This document shows positions 17,846 through 27,349 of a DNA stretch of 44,584 bases, piece after piece. Each line of letters starts with the position of its first letter. Position 1 is the first letter of the stretch. Under the pieces are notes generated by a model. That model did no database searches and had not been told where the DNA came from. It saw only the letters and a list, made by a program, of their open reading frames with translations. The stretch covers positions 1-44,584 of the forward strand of contig CAYXYP010000007.1 in the NCBI GenBank assembly GCA_964469405.1. The letters run 5' to 3'. Source of the stretch: an uncultured Candidatus Saccharibacteria bacterium. Lineage in GTDB: Bacteria > Patescibacteriota > Minisyncoccia > Phycocordibacterales > Phycocordibacteraceae. Made by a program: the position numbers and the translations under genes.

Positions 17846-19105
17846 TTATATGTCCTTAGTCAAAAAATCTATGGCACGGGCCATTTGAGGGTCACGTTTT
17901 GCGGCAGCATCAGCAGCCACGAAAGGCACTGTAATATCAGGAACGACGCCGTTGCCCATGATCCAATGTCCTGCGGGGGTTACCCATCGTGCAATTGTAA
18001 TTTTGAGTGATCCGCCATCGAGAGGCATTAATGTCTGTACGGACCCTTTACCAAAAGACTTTGTGCCGATCAATGTAGCCCGCTGAGCATCTTGCAGAGC
18101 TCCTGCAAAAATCTCTGATGCGGATGCGGAACCTCCATCAATAAGCACAACGATCTTTGTCCCTGTCGGAAGGTCGCCGTAGCCAAGACTGGTATGTTCC
18201 TGTTTCGGTTCATTGCCGCCAAAGTCTTCAGTCACTACTATCGCTCCCTTTGGAAGAAAGTGACTCGCAATATCAACCGCCGCATCGAGATATCCGCCTG
18301 GATTGCTTCGGAGATCTATGACGAGCTTTTTTGAGCCCGATGCTTTAAAACGTGCAAAAGCTTGGTTAAAAAGATCTGCGGAGTTTGAAGTGAATTCGTA
18401 CAAGGCGATGCTATACACCCCGCTTTTTTCATCGAGAGCATCTTTGGTTTCAGGAATTTGAATTGTGTCGCGAACGACATTTATTTCAAGAGGTTTTCGG
18501 TCTCGCATAAGAGTGAAATGTACTGTCGAGCCAATAAGCCCACGAATTTTTTTAACGGCAGTTTCGGTAGACAGGCCTTCCGTCGATTTTCCATCAATGG
18601 CAACTATTTGATCTCCGGCCTTGATTCCGGCTATGTCTGCAGGAGTACCCTTAAGCGGAGCGATGACGGTCAGGATGTTATTTTTTATATCAATTTCCAT
18701 ACCAACACCCCCAAAACTTCCCGAGATAGTTTCCGAGAACGCTTTTGCCTCCTCAGGTGGGAAAAAGACGGTATAAGGATCACCGTAGGAGGCTGCGAGA
18801 CCGCTGATAGCTCCATATAGTCGCTCTTTGTCCGATGGAAGCGTAGAAGAAGCGTGTGTAATGACGTAGTTCGTAGAAAGCGTATTCCACGCCTTCCAGA
18901 AAGCAGTTAGATCGGCGTTAGTATCTGGGGTAGCGTCAAGACCATCACCGACAAATGGAACATGCGTCACAAGCGTTCCTGCGGAACCGCTCGTACCCAT
19001 GGAGAGTCCTATAAAAAAAGAAAGTGCTGCGACTAACGCAAATGATATGCCGCGAGATGCGACGCTGCGCCCTCGCTGAAACGCCTCTCTGGATTCCATC
19101 GTCAT
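17846..19105 (-). CDS. C-terminal processing protease (S41A, PDZ)
   Basis: GVGMEI PDZ domain, IDLRSNPGGYL, SASASEI (Ser) and FGKGSVQ (Lys). Confidence 0.92.
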   Translation of the reverse strand: MTMESREAFQRGRSVASRGISFALVAALSFFIGLSMGTSGSAGTLVTHVPFVGDGLDATPDTNADLTAFWKAWNTLSTNYVITHASSTLPSDKERLYGAISGLAASYGDPYTVFFPPEEAKAFSETISGSFGGVGMEIDIKNNILTVIAPLKGTPADIAGIKAGDQIVAIDGKSTEGLSTETAVKKIRGLIGSTVHFTLMRDRKPLEINVVRDTIQIPETKDALDEKSGVYSIALYEFTSNSADLFNQAFARFKASGSKKLVIDLRSNPGGYLDAAVDIASHFLPKGAIVVTEDFGGNEPKQEHTSLGYGDLPTGTKIVVLIDGGSASASEIFAGALQDAQRATLIGTKSFGKGSVQTLMPLDGGSLKITIARWVTPAGHWIMGNGVVPDITVPFVAADAAAKRDPQMARAIDFLTKDI

Positions 19106-19170
19106 AGCATACCATGCGATATTTCCCGTGCGATTGGGGACACTGTCATACGCTGTGGTATTCTAAACTC

Positions 19171-20091
19171 ATGATATTTAGACACGAGTATCGAGGTGGA
19201 GTATGGGTTGATCTGGAGCAGCCGAGCGAAGAGGAGATGCGACACATTGTGAATGAATTCTCTATTGGTGAGCGTATCGAGAGAGAACTGATCTCTCCCA
19301 CCCCTACGCCACTCGTTGCAAACGACGCTGGTGCGACACTTCTTGTTCTCCATTTCCCGACACATAGTACCGAGGACAACCAAACAGGAAATCAGGAGAT
19401 TGACTTCGTTGTCGGCAAGAATTTTATCGTCACGGTGCGGTATGAAGTTATCGCGCCCCTGCATCATTTAAGAAAACTCTTCGAGACACAGCAACTCGTT
19501 ACTCCGCACGCCTCTATCACTGCCAATGTGTTATTCGAAATTCTTTTTGTACATCTCTATACTGCTGTGCGCGATCATATTAATCACGCGGTGGACCACC
19601 TTGCGCGTGTTGAGCAGAGTATGTTCGATGGGCACGAACGCACCACGGTGCGTTCGATTTCAAATATTAGTCGGGAATTTCTCCATATGGAGGCTGCGAT
19701 TGCTGACCAGGAAGAACCTTTGGGTCGTTTTTTAAATGTCCTCGCGCAGCAAGGTTTTTTTAATGCTTCCTTTGCGGAGCATAGGGAACATATTCTTGCA
19801 GAACGCACTCAGATCTCACGACTCATCGAGACACATCGTGCCGTAGCAGGTGAGTTACGCGAGACTAACATCGCACTGCTTGAGGCGGGCCAAAATGAGA
19901 TTATGAAAACTCTGACTATCGTCAACTTCATTTTCCTCCCGCTCGGACTCATAAGCTGGACATTCACCATGCGCACAGAAGGTATGCCTTTTATTGACTC
20001 CCCCAATGCTTTCTGGATCGTGCTCGGTATTATGCTCACTGTCGCATTGATTTTGACTGTATTCTTTATTAGAAAGCGGTGGCTCTTCTAG
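19171..20091 (+). CDS. CorA/ZntB-family divalent cation transporter with altered signature
   Basis: WVDL, QEIDFVVG, NEIMKTLT, FLPL and two C-terminal transmembrane helices; TMR replaces GMN. Confidence 0.82.
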   Translation: MIFRHEYRGGVWVDLEQPSEEEMRHIVNEFSIGERIERELISPTPTPLVANDAGATLLVLHFPTHSTEDNQTGNQEIDFVVGKNFIVTVRYEVIAPLHHLRKLFETQQLVTPHASITANVLFEILFVHLYTAVRDHINHAVDHLARVEQSMFDGHERTTVRSISNISREFLHMEAAIADQEEPLGRFLNVLAQQGFFNASFAEHREHILAERTQISRLIETHRAVAGELRETNIALLEAGQNEIMKTLTIVNFIFLPLGLISWTFTMRTEGMPFIDSPNAFWIVLGIMLTVALILTVFFIRKRWLF

Positions 20092-20107
20092 TGGTGTACT
20101 CGACAGT

Positions 20108-21580
20108 ATGATTAAGAATCACATGGGGTTCTTCGCACGAATATTTGGGAGTAGTAGGGAGTCGACTAATCGACTGCCACAAGTATTTTTCACCAATACC
20201 CTTTCCGGCCGTAAAGAAATTTTCGTATCTCAGACACCACGACTCGCGCTTATTTATTCGTGCGGACCAACCGTCTACGGCCGCGTGCATATCGGTAATC
20301 TCCGCGCGTACCTATTCTCAGATACAATTGCTCGCGTACTTACTGCGGCAGGATACCGCGTACAACGAGTCATGAATATCACGGATGTTGGCCACCTCGT
20401 TGGCGATGGCGACAATGGGGAGGACAAGATGGCTGTCGGTGCGGCAAAAGAGCGTACGACACCCGAAGCGATTGCTATCCGCTACACGAAGCTTTTTATT
20501 GAGGATATTGAGGAACTTAATTTTGATATTGGCGCCATACTTTTCCCCCGCGCGACCGAATATATCAACGAGCAAATAGCTCTCGCTAAAACTCTGGAGG
20601 AAAAGGGATATACGTATCGTCTTCCCGATGGTCTCTATTTCAATACGCAGGAATTTTCCGGTTATGGAAAGCTCGGCGGATTGTCTCAAATGAAACTTGA
20701 GGCTGGTGCACGCATTAAGGTCGTCGAGGGGAAACGTCATCCTGCAGACTTCGTCCTCTGGAGGGCAGCTAAACCGGAAGATCTTCAGCAGTGGGACAGT
20801 CCGTGGGGTCGTGGCAATCCAGGTTGGCATATCGAATGTTCAGCCATGGCACGAGCACTACTTGGACAAGAAATAGATATCCACACCGGAGGGGAGGATC
20901 TTTCGCAAATACATCACAACAATGAAATTGCCCAATCTGAAGCTGCCTCCGGACGGCCGTTTGTCCATTATTGGATGCACAATGCCTTCATTACTATGAA
21001 AGGGGAAAAAATTTCTAAATCTCTTGGTAATGTCGTATATCTTTCTGATATCGTCACAAAAGGATTCCACCCGCTCTCATTGCGTTACTTCTTTCTTCAG
21101 GCCCATTATCGCACTCCCCTCTCCTTCTCATGGGATGCCCTTACAGGTGCCGCAAGTGCACTTGACCGGATATGGAAAATCTCGATCGAAATTGCAGAGG
21201 AATCTAGGCGCAAGAGCGCGCCTTCCGAGGCGCGCGAACGCTTCCTTGGGGTCATGCGGGACGACCTAGGGACTCCCCAAGCACTGAGCGTTCTTTGGGA
21301 TTCTCTCAAGAGCGAGGAGTACACGGCTAAAGAAAAGTGGGGTCTCTTGGAAGATGCCGAGGCTCATCTCGGTCTCTCACTTCTTCATCCGCCTGTTCGC
21401 AATACTCTTTTGGAAAAAGATGTGCCTAAAGAGGTACAGAATTTGCTAAAAGCACGTATGGCGGCACGCACGGCTCAAGATTTTAAAGAAGCCGACCGTA
21501 TCCGGGGCGAAATCCTACGCAGGGGATATCGTGTGGATGACGGGCCGGACGGACCTATGTTGACTCAGACGACTCTTTGA
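20108..21580 (+). CDS. cysS: Cysteine--tRNA ligase
   Basis: CGPTVY, HIGN, PGWHIECSAM, HHNNE and KISKS. Confidence 0.95.
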   Translation: MIKNHMGFFARIFGSSRESTNRLPQVFFTNTLSGRKEIFVSQTPRLALIYSCGPTVYGRVHIGNLRAYLFSDTIARVLTAAGYRVQRVMNITDVGHLVGDGDNGEDKMAVGAAKERTTPEAIAIRYTKLFIEDIEELNFDIGAILFPRATEYINEQIALAKTLEEKGYTYRLPDGLYFNTQEFSGYGKLGGLSQMKLEAGARIKVVEGKRHPADFVLWRAAKPEDLQQWDSPWGRGNPGWHIECSAMARALLGQEIDIHTGGEDLSQIHHNNEIAQSEAASGRPFVHYWMHNAFITMKGEKISKSLGNVVYLSDIVTKGFHPLSLRYFFLQAHYRTPLSFSWDALTGAASALDRIWKISIEIAEESRRKSAPSEARERFLGVMRDDLGTPQALSVLWDSLKSEEYTAKEKWGLLEDAEAHLGLSLLHPPVRNTLLEKDVPKEVQNLLKARMAARTAQDFKEADRIRGEILRRGYRVDDGPDGPMLTQTTL

Positions 21581-21594
21581 TACAATCAGTAGCA

Positions 21595-22962
21595 ATGGCT
21601 GCTACCACCCGGGATAGAATCCCTCCGCAATCTCTTGAATCCGAGCGCGCCCTCTTGGGCGCGCTGCTTCTCAAACCTGATGCCATTCACGACGTTTCAG
21701 ATCTCATCCATCCCGATTCTTTCTACGCGGAAAAGCATCGGCTCATATTCAGCGCGATGCGTGAACTCGCAGACCGAGGCGAGCCAATTGATCAACTTTC
21801 TCTCTCCGAACGCCTGCAAAATCAGGGGTTACTCGAGCGCAGCGGCAGTCGAAGCTATTTGGCTGAACTTGCCGGCTCAGCACCAGCTCCCGGGAACTTC
21901 TCTCATTATGCCGATCTCGTATCGCGTAAGTTCCTCATGCGTTCTCTCATTGACGCTGCGTACAGTATTTCTGAATCCGCCTACGACGATGCGCGAGAAA
22001 CGATGGAAGTGCTCGATGAGGCCGAGAAAAGTATCTATGCCATTGGTAATGCTTCGGCTGCGCACAAGTTCACTGCTATTGGCGATAAAGTGCACGAGGC
22101 ATGGGATCGTATCGAAGCACTCTCCAAGAAAGAGGATGGCATCCGCGGAGTGCCCTCTGGCTTTCCCACTCTTGATAATTTACTCTCGGGCTTTCATCCG
22201 TCCGATCTCATTATCCTCGCCGCCCGTCCCTCGATGGGTAAAACATCGCTTGCGCTCGATATTGCACGAAATGCCGCCGTACGACATAACGTCCCCGTCG
22301 GTATTTTCTCACTTGAAATGAGTTCGGAGCAACTCATCGATCGTATGCTTGCAGCAGAATCGTTCGTCAATTCTTGGAAACTCCGCACGGGACAAGTAAA
22401 GGAGGAAGAGGATTTCAACCGAATACGAGATGCACTCGAGACGCTTTCGAAAGCCCCAATATTCATCGACGACAAGCCCGGTAATAATATTCTTGCGATG
22501 CGTGCAGTGGCTAGGCGACTGAAACGTGAGCGCGGTATCGGACTTATTGTCGTCGACTATCTCCAACTTATGGCGCCGACCTCGACAAAAGCTTCTGATT
22601 CTATGGTCCAACAAGTGACTGAAATTTCACGCTCCTTGAAGTCGCTCGCACGCGAGCTCGAGGTTCCGGTTATTGCTCTCTCGCAGCTCTCGCGTGCGGT
22701 GGAACAGCGTGGTGGCAAACCTCGTCTATCGGATTTGCGCGATTCCGGCTCCATTGAGCAAGATGCCGATGTTGTGATGTTCATTCACCGCGAAGATAAG
22801 CGTAATCCCGAGAGTGACCGGCCAGGCATTGCTGAAATCCTCATAGAGAAGCACCGCAATGGTCCCACAGGCAGTACCGAACTCTTTTTTGACGAAAAAC
22901 GAGCTACTTTCCAGCCAGTCGATACAGCCGGATACGGAGATCTCGCTTCAGAATTCAAATAA
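21595..22962 (+). CDS. dnaB: Replicative DNA helicase
   Basis: PPQSLESE, AARPSMGKT, VDYLQL, LSQLSRAVE and DLRDSGSIEQDAD; no intein seen. Confidence 0.97.
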   Translation: MAATTRDRIPPQSLESERALLGALLLKPDAIHDVSDLIHPDSFYAEKHRLIFSAMRELADRGEPIDQLSLSERLQNQGLLERSGSRSYLAELAGSAPAPGNFSHYADLVSRKFLMRSLIDAAYSISESAYDDARETMEVLDEAEKSIYAIGNASAAHKFTAIGDKVHEAWDRIEALSKKEDGIRGVPSGFPTLDNLLSGFHPSDLIILAARPSMGKTSLALDIARNAAVRHNVPVGIFSLEMSSEQLIDRMLAAESFVNSWKLRTGQVKEEEDFNRIRDALETLSKAPIFIDDKPGNNILAMRAVARRLKRERGIGLIVVDYLQLMAPTSTKASDSMVQQVTEISRSLKSLARELEVPVIALSQLSRAVEQRGGKPRLSDLRDSGSIEQDADVVMFIHREDKRNPESDRPGIAEILIEKHRNGPTGSTELFFDEKRATFQPVDTAGYGDLASEFK

Positions 22963-22987
22963 TAATCTGCACGACTGAATACACTTC

Positions 22988-23590
22988 ATGGACCATATTG
23001 ACGAACTCGCTCATGCGCTCTCCCGTCTCCCGGGTATCGGTCCCCGACAAGGAAAACGTTTTGTGTTCTATCTTCTTGCGGCTCCTGCCGCTGAGCGAAC
23101 CAAACTCGCGGAACTCATAGCGTCACTCGGGAAAGACGTCCGCCAATGCCCCGAGTGTCTGCGTTTCTATAATGGTTCTGCCGCTGTAATGTGCAATTAC
23201 TGTTCTGACATAAAACGTGATGATACTCTTTTGATGATTATTGAAAAAGATCAGGACCTCGCTGCTATCGAGCGTGCTGGTACCTATCGTGGCCGTTATT
23301 TCGTCCTTGGTGGCGTGCTGACACTCACAGGGAAAGGCGCGATTCGTGGGAAGGAGCTACTACGAACAATTGAGAAGAGACTAAAAAATAATTTAAAAGA
23401 GATCGTGCTCGCACTTTCGGCGACAAGCGAAGGTGAGCATACTGCCGATCATGTGCGAGAATTACTCGCGCCCTATCGTGACACCGTAAAAACTTCAGTC
23501 CTTGGTCGCGGTCTTGCGACCGGTAGCGAACTTGAATACTCTGACGCCGAAACCCTCCGCGCCGCGCTCACCAACCGTAAAGAAACCTGA
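22988..23590 (+). CDS. recR: Recombination mediator RecR
   Basis: LPGIGP, C4 zinc finger CPEC...CNYC, YFVLGG and ELEYSD. Confidence 0.94.
   Translation: MDHIDELAHALSRLPGIGPRQGKRFVFYLLAAPAAERTKLAELIASLGKDVRQCPECLRFYNGSAAVMCNYCSDIKRDDTLLMIIEKDQDLAAIERAGTYRGRYFVLGGVLTLTGKGAIRGKELLRTIEKRLKNNLKEIVLALSATSEGEHTADHVRELLAPYRDTVKTSVLGRGLATGSELEYSDAETLRAALTNRKET
23493..23590 (+). repeat. Direct repeat copy 1 (3' end of recR)
   Basis: 98 nt, 90/98 identical to 24351-24448, with the first 61 nt identical. Confidence 0.95.
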
Positions 23591-23593
23591 TTC

Positions 23594-23628
23594 TATACAT
23601 GAAGGGTTTCGTAAACCCTTCATGTATA
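23594..23628. repeat. Left REP-like hairpin
   Basis: tatacatgaagggttt-cgt-aaacccttcatgtata, a perfect 16-bp stem. Confidence 0.9.
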
Positions 23629-23640
23629 ATGATGAGTAAA

Positions 23641-24324
23641 ATGAATTTGTGGCATGTACTAAACCGAGGTGTTGAAGGACGCGACCTTTTCCTAGATTCG
23701 CAAGATTATGCACGCTTCGTTCACAACCTCTATGAGTTTAATGATAGCGCTCCAGCCGATAATCTCTCACGGCTTTTTGATCCGTCTGGAATAAGGGATT
23801 TCGTAAACCCCTCATTTAGAAAAGCACGCGAGCGATTAGTGGATATTCATGGCTGGGTCTTGATGAAAAACCACTATCACCTTTTACTCTCTGAACGTAT
23901 CGAGGGCGGTATTAGTCTATTCCTTCGTAAACTGAATGTCGGTTATGCGAATTATTTCAACGAACGATATAGACGAAAGGGGACGTTATTTCAAGGCCGT
24001 ACCAAGAAAATCTTAGTTGAGCGCGAATCGCATTTCCTTTACATTCTTCATTATCTTCACCTTAATCCACTTGATTATTTACAGGGCGCGCAAGAATGGC
24101 GTGCGCGTAGCAAGAGCGGCATTCGGAATGCAAACGAGGCGCTAGATTATCTTGATTCATACCGATGGAGCAGTTATCTTGACTATATCGACAAGAAGAA
24201 CTTCCCTTCCATCCTTACTACTTCGTTTTTTAAAGAAGCGCTTGATGATTATCAAGGTTCACTTAGAGAATACCTTGGCGATGCCGAGCATGATAATATT
24301 ATTGTAAAATTGACTTTGGAATGA
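23641..24324 (+). CDS. REP-associated tyrosine transposase (RAYT / Y1 HUH family); start may be 23632
   Basis: WHVLNRG, LMKNHYHLL (HUH), YFNERY-x3-GTLFQGR, YLHLNP and YRWSSY. Confidence 0.9.
   Translation: MNLWHVLNRGVEGRDLFLDSQDYARFVHNLYEFNDSAPADNLSRLFDPSGIRDFVNPSFRKARERLVDIHGWVLMKNHYHLLLSERIEGGISLFLRKLNVGYANYFNERYRRKGTLFQGRTKKILVERESHFLYILHYLHLNPLDYLQGAQEWRARSKSGIRNANEALDYLDSYRWSSYLDYIDKKNFPSILTTSFFKEALDDYQGSLREYLGDAEHDNIIVKLTLE
23791..23815. repeat. Degenerate REP-like copy inside the transposase coding sequence
   Basis: ataagggatttcgtaaacccctcat compared with atgaagggtttcgtaaacccttcat. Confidence 0.75.
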
Positions 24325-24347
24325 AGGGTTTACGAAACCCTTCATTC
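24319..24347. repeat. Right REP-like hairpin (inverted copy of the left)
   Basis: gaatgaagggttt-acg-aaacccttcattc, a 13-bp stem; its 25-nt core is the exact reverse complement of 23599-23623. Confidence 0.9.
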
Positions 24348-24350
24348 TGT

Positions 24351-24448
24351 CTTCAGTCCTTGGTCGCGGTCTTGCGACCGGTAGCGAACTTGAATACTCT
24401 GACGCCGAAACTCTCCGCGCTGCCCTCACCAACCGCAAAGAAGCTTAG
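24351..24448 (+). pseudogene. Orphan duplicate of the recR 3' end (direct repeat copy 2)
   Basis: Reads SVLGRGLATGSELEYSDAETLRAALTNRKEA*, with no upstream gene body. Confidence 0.9.
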
Positions 24449-24889
24449 TTAGACCTTTCCCTCTCCAGTCTGTTTCACTTCTACTGTCACTTTTGGAATA
24501 CCATCTCCATGCGCCGATGCGGCTATAATTTCCTGCACTTTAGCGACTATTTCTTTTGGATCGTACTGGCTCTTTACCAGATAGAGTACCGCCCCTAAGC
24601 TTAAGCCATTTTCAGCGTCGCTGTCGCCAGCCAAGTTGGTAAGCATGATGACGGGAATGCTTTTGAGTTTCTCGTCCTCTTTTACCTTACGCAATACATC
24701 AAAGCCGTTCATTTTTGGCATCATGACATCGAGTAATATTACAGCCGGTTTTTCTTCTGTTTTTTGTAATACTGCGAGAGCTTCTTCCCCATCGTGCGCC
24801 ATCGTGAGCTCGTGTCCGCCAAGACGGAATGCCCGCTCGTACATACGACTCATCAAAGGATCATCTTCTGCCATGAATAGTTTTGCCAT
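24449..24889 (-). CDS. Single-domain (CheY-like) response regulator
   Basis: MAEDD, ILLDVMMP, LTN and YLVKS; TATACT 7 nt before the ATG. Confidence 0.92.
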   Translation of the reverse strand: MAKLFMAEDDPLMSRMYERAFRLGGHELTMAHDGEEALAVLQKTEEKPAVILLDVMMPKMNGFDVLRKVKEDEKLKSIPVIMLTNLAGDSDAENGLSLGAVLYLVKSQYDPKEIVAKVQEIIAASAHGDGIPKVTVEVKQTGEGKV

Positions 24890-24915
24890 AGTCGTAAGTA
24901 TACTATACCTTGATA

Positions 24916-26646
24916 TCACTCGGAAATAGGCAGTGTGAACACGAAGGTACTTCCCTTGCCAAGCTCACTCTTCTCAATTCCTATGGTACCACCCATGCTC
25001 GAGATAATGAGTTTAGAAATATAAAGACCGAGACCGGTGCTCTGGGTAACGTCTCGTGCAAGCATCTGCTCTCCCGCCTGCTGGAACTTCCTGAAGAGCA
25101 GTGCTTGATTATGTTCTGAAATACCAAGACCAGTATCAATAACCCGTATACCGATGAAGTTACCTGCCACACTGGCTGTAATAGTAATACCGCCTTCTTT
25201 CGTAAATTTTGCCGCATTACCCACAAGATTAACGAGGATTTGTTCGGTTCTATTCTTGTCGGCAAACACGATAGGCAAAGGAGATGGCGGTGCGATATAC
25301 ACAAGGGACAACCCTTTCTGTTCGTCCATAGTTTTGAGATCGCGTACCACCTTTTCAACCACGTCAGACACATTGAAATTCTCTTTTTTAATTTCGATTT
25401 TACCTTGCTCAAGACGAGACACTTCAAGAAAGTCGTTCACGATATTGATGAGCCGAACACTCGAAGTATCGATATCTTGAAGCATTTCTTTCATATCTTT
25501 GTCGACTATTTTGTCTGTATACATCTCTAACATCATGTCTGCATTACCGCGTATGGCGGTAAGTGGTGTGCGCAATTCGTGGGAAGCAACCGCAAAAAAT
25601 TCATCGCGACTCCGCTCCATGATTTTTGCTTCAGTAACGTCTTCAATAAGCATTGCGTAGCCAATAACCGTCTCTTGCATATCTTGCGACGTCTCGTTTT
25701 TCATGATGATAGGGGTACAAAAAACACGCAAATATTTTTTCCCGTGAGAAATTTCTTTCAATTCCACGACTTTTTTCAGATCGATGCACTCCCGACAAGA
25801 ATGTGTGAGGACATCGAGTCCGGATGTAACCCCTTTGAAGGAATCGATGATACTTTTCATCGAGACCGGTTCCTCGGTAAGTTCCAGGATGGTCGACAGC
25901 ACTGCGTTTTTTACGATGACGTTGTCATTAAGATCGGCAATGACGAACCCGAACGACAGGCTGTTTATGGAAGCGAGAAGACGAGCCTGCTCCTCCTGCA
26001 ATTCCTTGGTTTTCTCTTTGACTTTCTCATCTACTCTTTTCTTTTCAGATATGAGCATGCGCTCATATTCTTTATTCTTTGTCACGTCAGTCTCGAGTCC
26101 AACAAAAAATTTTAGTTCGCCCTTGGCATTGACGACGGGAGATATTACCGCGAACGCCGTATATGTCTCGCCATTTTTTTTCTTATTTTGCAATTCACCG
26201 GCAAAGGTCTTTTTTTCATCTTTAATCGTCCGCCACATATCGGCATAAAACTCCTTCGGCATCTGCTTCCCCCACAATGATGGCTTACTACCTATTATTT
26301 CCTCATGCGAGTATCCGGTCAGTTTCTCCACTGCTTGGTTCGCATAAATGACAACACCGCTAGCGTCGGTAATGACAACGTGCTGGGACGTATTTTCAAC
26401 GACAAGCTGAAACTTCTGCAATTCTTCCGCTCTTTCTTCCGACTTTTTCTTTTCTTCGGAAAGATCGTCAAGTAAATTTAGTGTCGCTTTTTTTGTATTT
26501 TCCAAATCAATCAGTTTCTCTTGCAATTCCTTATTGATGCTCCCCAGCTCAGCGGATCTTTTTTGCAACTGGAACTCGGCCTTTCCCAAGGCTTTTTTCA
26601 TCTCATCGAACTCTTTCAATAAATTTTGAATTTCATCAAGAGCCAT
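24916..26646 (-). CDS. Soluble PAS-domain sensor histidine kinase
   Basis: Coiled coil, PAS (VITDASG...LTGYS), H-box SHELRTPL, N-box NLVGNAAKFT, DTGLGI and GLGL; no transmembrane segment seen. Confidence 0.92.
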   Translation of the reverse strand: MALDEIQNLLKEFDEMKKALGKAEFQLQKRSAELGSINKELQEKLIDLENTKKATLNLLDDLSEEKKKSEERAEELQKFQLVVENTSQHVVITDASGVVIYANQAVEKLTGYSHEEIIGSKPSLWGKQMPKEFYADMWRTIKDEKKTFAGELQNKKKNGETYTAFAVISPVVNAKGELKFFVGLETDVTKNKEYERMLISEKKRVDEKVKEKTKELQEEQARLLASINSLSFGFVIADLNDNVIVKNAVLSTILELTEEPVSMKSIIDSFKGVTSGLDVLTHSCRECIDLKKVVELKEISHGKKYLRVFCTPIIMKNETSQDMQETVIGYAMLIEDVTEAKIMERSRDEFFAVASHELRTPLTAIRGNADMMLEMYTDKIVDKDMKEMLQDIDTSSVRLINIVNDFLEVSRLEQGKIEIKKENFNVSDVVEKVVRDLKTMDEQKGLSLVYIAPPSPLPIVFADKNRTEQILVNLVGNAAKFTKEGGITITASVAGNFIGIRVIDTGLGISEHNQALLFRKFQQAGEQMLARDVTQSTGLGLYISKLIISSMGGTIGIEKSELGKGSTFVFTLPISE

Positions 26647-26665
26647 AAACCTTTTTGAAAATTAC

Positions 26666-27349
26666 TCAGTCCTCCTTATACTCTCTTAGTCCGACAATTC
26701 CCGTTTCCAAAATTTTCAGCGGTTTTATAACTATGAACTTGATTAAGAGCCAAAGAACGAGAGTCAGGAGCAAAAAGCTCGAAATTATAATCAAAGAAAT
26801 CTCGCGCTGTGCCTTAAAAATATTTGCGTTCAAACTATCAAGCGTATAGTAGGTCTCTACTACGCCAATTACCCCGTCGTCTGTTTTGGATTCTATAGGA
26901 ACATATACTTCCATCAATTGCGTATAACCTTTCTCCGCCACATGTTCCGCATCCAGAGGCATCTTGATGTCCGCCACCACTTCGCCTCCGATTGCTTTCT
27001 GGAAATACGCATTTTCTCTAAAGTTCTTTCCGATGATAGATGTATCATCGGAAAAAATAATCGTGCCGTCTGTATTCCACACCTTAATGCGTATAAGGTC
27101 ACGGACTTTAACCTCTTCCAGAAGTTTAATGAACACTTGGTCTGTCTGATTTGAATCCGCCAAGGAAAAATCCGCCGGTGACGTGTGCTGTCTCGTTTGA
27201 ATGCTTACGAAATCGGCAACAATATTTTTGGATCCCTCAATCGCTTCTTGCCGCAAAATCGAGTTTACTTGATACGTCAAGATAGCACCGATGAACACTA
27301 GAGCGGCGAAGATGGGAACTAAGAACTTCTGGGCAATACCTATGTTCAT
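26666..27349 (-). CDS. Two-transmembrane protein with Cache-like extracytoplasmic domain and no output domain
   Basis: TM, then RIKVWNTDGTIIFSD...EVYVPI...IGVVETY, then TM and a short tail. Confidence 0.7.
   Translation of the reverse strand: MNIGIAQKFLVPIFAALVFIGAILTYQVNSILRQEAIEGSKNIVADFVSIQTRQHTSPADFSLADSNQTDQVFIKLLEEVKVRDLIRIKVWNTDGTIIFSDDTSIIGKNFRENAYFQKAIGGEVVADIKMPLDAEHVAEKGYTQLMEVYVPIESKTDDGVIGVVETYYTLDSLNANIFKAQREISLIIISSFLLLTLVLWLLIKFIVIKPLKILETGIVGLREYKED

Larger units (their letters stand above)
23493..24448 (+). mobile_element. RAYT cassette bounded by inverted hairpins and 98-bp recR-tail direct repeats
   Basis: Order: direct repeat 1, ttc, left hairpin, RAYT, right hairpin, tgt, direct repeat 2; repeat period 858 bp. 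Confidence 0.75.

Noticed and set aside
23599-24324. IS200/IS605 element with TnpB, and ATG 23599 as the start
   Set aside because: No tnpB is present and the motifs fit RAYT. ATG 23599 lies inside the hairpin, upstream of the TATAAT.
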